From: Psammoneis japonica
Taxonomy: Eukaryota
Assembly (NCBI GenBank): GCA_008632985.1
Contig: QPGO01000060.1
Location: 1-64,000, forward strand
Length of the DNA: 64,000 nt
Direction: 5' to 3'
The notes below the pieces were generated by a model that saw nothing but the letters and a program-made list of their open reading frames with translations, did no database searches and was not told the DNA's origin. Position numbers and translations under genes: made by a program. Below, in pieces: positions 62,557 to 64,000 of this stretch. How positions within the stretch are numbered: the first letter of the stretch is position 1; each line of letters opens with the position of its first letter.

Positions 62557-64000
62557 CTACTTGTTGTAGGGCTTTACACTAGTACGTCGAAAGCAAAAGG
62601 AAAACTTGAATGAGCAAAAATGACACGTTTTTAGGCAGCCTTAACTGCATCCAAGGAAAAGACATCAGCGAGTGTCACGTACTCGACGATTTTGTGGTCA
62701 ATAACATGGTTCGTCTCTTTTAAGGCACTGTCGGCATCACATGGGTTCTTATAGAAAACAAATCCAAAGCCACGACCATGCATGACGTATACTGAGTTCA
62801 GTGGCCCAAACTGTTTGAAGTAAGACCTCATGCTATCCTCCGTGGTTTGCCACGCTAATCCGCCAACAAATAACTTGCCGTTGTGATGTTTTTCTCCACT
62901 AACATGGCCGCCCGATGAAGAGGAAGTAACTGAAGCATCTGCCGTCTCCTGACGCACCAGCTTGCTTTGGAACCTCGTAGGTAACACAGTCGTCCAGTCC
63001 CCTTCTTTGGCAGCAACATTGGGCTTTAGTACGGCCAAACCAGAGTACGTCAATCGCACGTAAGATTCAAGCGACAAACCCACGGCTCTATCATCCCGAT
63101 CCTTAACTTTGATCACAGGCTTATCCGGCGCTGAGAGGTTGCGCCTTCCCCATTCTATGAAGTTTTTCTGTGTTGCTAAGGTACGGATATCCTGATAGCT
63201 CTTGCGATCTTTCGCTCCAACCTTTTCATAAAAATTATGAGCCATGTTCGCCTCGTCAGCCCAGCTCGAGTAGACACTAATGCCTTCAACAACATTGCGA
63301 TACTGAGCATTCAACACTACACTGCAAAATAAGGCAAACTTCCCACGAGTCTGAAGGTCCGGCTGCTTTACAACCACTTTGGACTCATCATACTCTTGCT
63401 TTGTAGTAGCTGAACTATCCTCCCTTTCCTCAGCCGATGGAGTTGAAATGCTATCATCCTCCTCATCGTGACTTCCTGGTGGCCCGCCAAGAACATCGAA
63501 CTCCAAGACATGACAACGTTTGCATTGTCAATCAGGACTTTCGCAACCACATCAGGGCGATAAATGATGACGGTAAATACACCGATGTCCCGCAGACGTG
63601 CCAACGCGTAACTATAATCACCGTCCGATGTGATCAAAACCACACACGCCTTCTCTCCTCTAGCCGCACGTTCCCACGCAAAGCAGAGAACATCCACGAT
63701 TAATTTCTTGTCGAGAGTTTCTTTTCGATTCCGACTCGGACAATCAACCAGCGTGAATCCGCTTAGATCGAGATCTGAGCGCGGTGCAGATAATTCAGCA
63801 GGCTGTCTTGAGTCATAGTACAGTCTTTTCTCCACGATTCGTCCGTATTTCGCTACCTTGCTACGGATGCTCTCTGACGCTGTCGTTGCTGGGCACCAAA
63901 CTGGGATTCTCACATTTTCAAAGTCCCAAAAAACAGCAACGTCGGCTGATCCGACAGATGGAAAGTCCGTGGCATTGAAAGGCTGTGATATCTGCTGTAT
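62557..64000 (-). CDS. NYN-domain (LabA/Limkain-b1/MARF1-like) ribonuclease with C-terminal RRM; 5' end outside window
   Basis: NYN motifs VAVFWDFENVRIP, KETLDKKLIVD, VVLITSDGDYSYALARLR. RRM motifs KLFVGGL and RGFGFV. Intron ~62682-62580 gives ...IVDVKPYNK*. A 1-bp frameshift lies near 63505. Confidence 0.85.

Overview
Eukaryotic, intron-containing genomic DNA that looks like a diatom (CoDi-type Ty1/copia, diatom-type LINE motifs, HA-repeat gene, DUF1800-DUF1501 fusion); the species cannot be determined from the sequence. Ordinary gene islands alternate with repeat islands. Genes: an intronless RppA-like type III PKS fused to an adenylation domain, a ~3,800-aa G8/beta-helix/CBM-like/DUF1800/DUF1501 secreted protein, an ABCG transporter, a fatty acid hydroxylase/sterol desaturase, an HA-repeat protein, an ATRX-like remodeller with a CW finger, and an NYN-RRM protein. 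Repeats: a copia element inserted in a LINE, a split-direct-repeat tyrosine-recombinase retrotransposon, and unclassified decayed repeats. The strongest signal is that repeat islands have lost nearly all TpA dinucleotides through TA->TG and TA->CA changes, i.e. A->G on both strands. This is visible in repeat-copy alignments and in Tyr->Cys/His replacements in conserved retroelement motifs. It has a context bias (RTAY removed, YTAR spared), fades at gene borders, and in the copia occurs while CpG is still abundant. It suggests a repeat-targeted, RIP-like adenine hypermutation system for which I know of no described mechanism.
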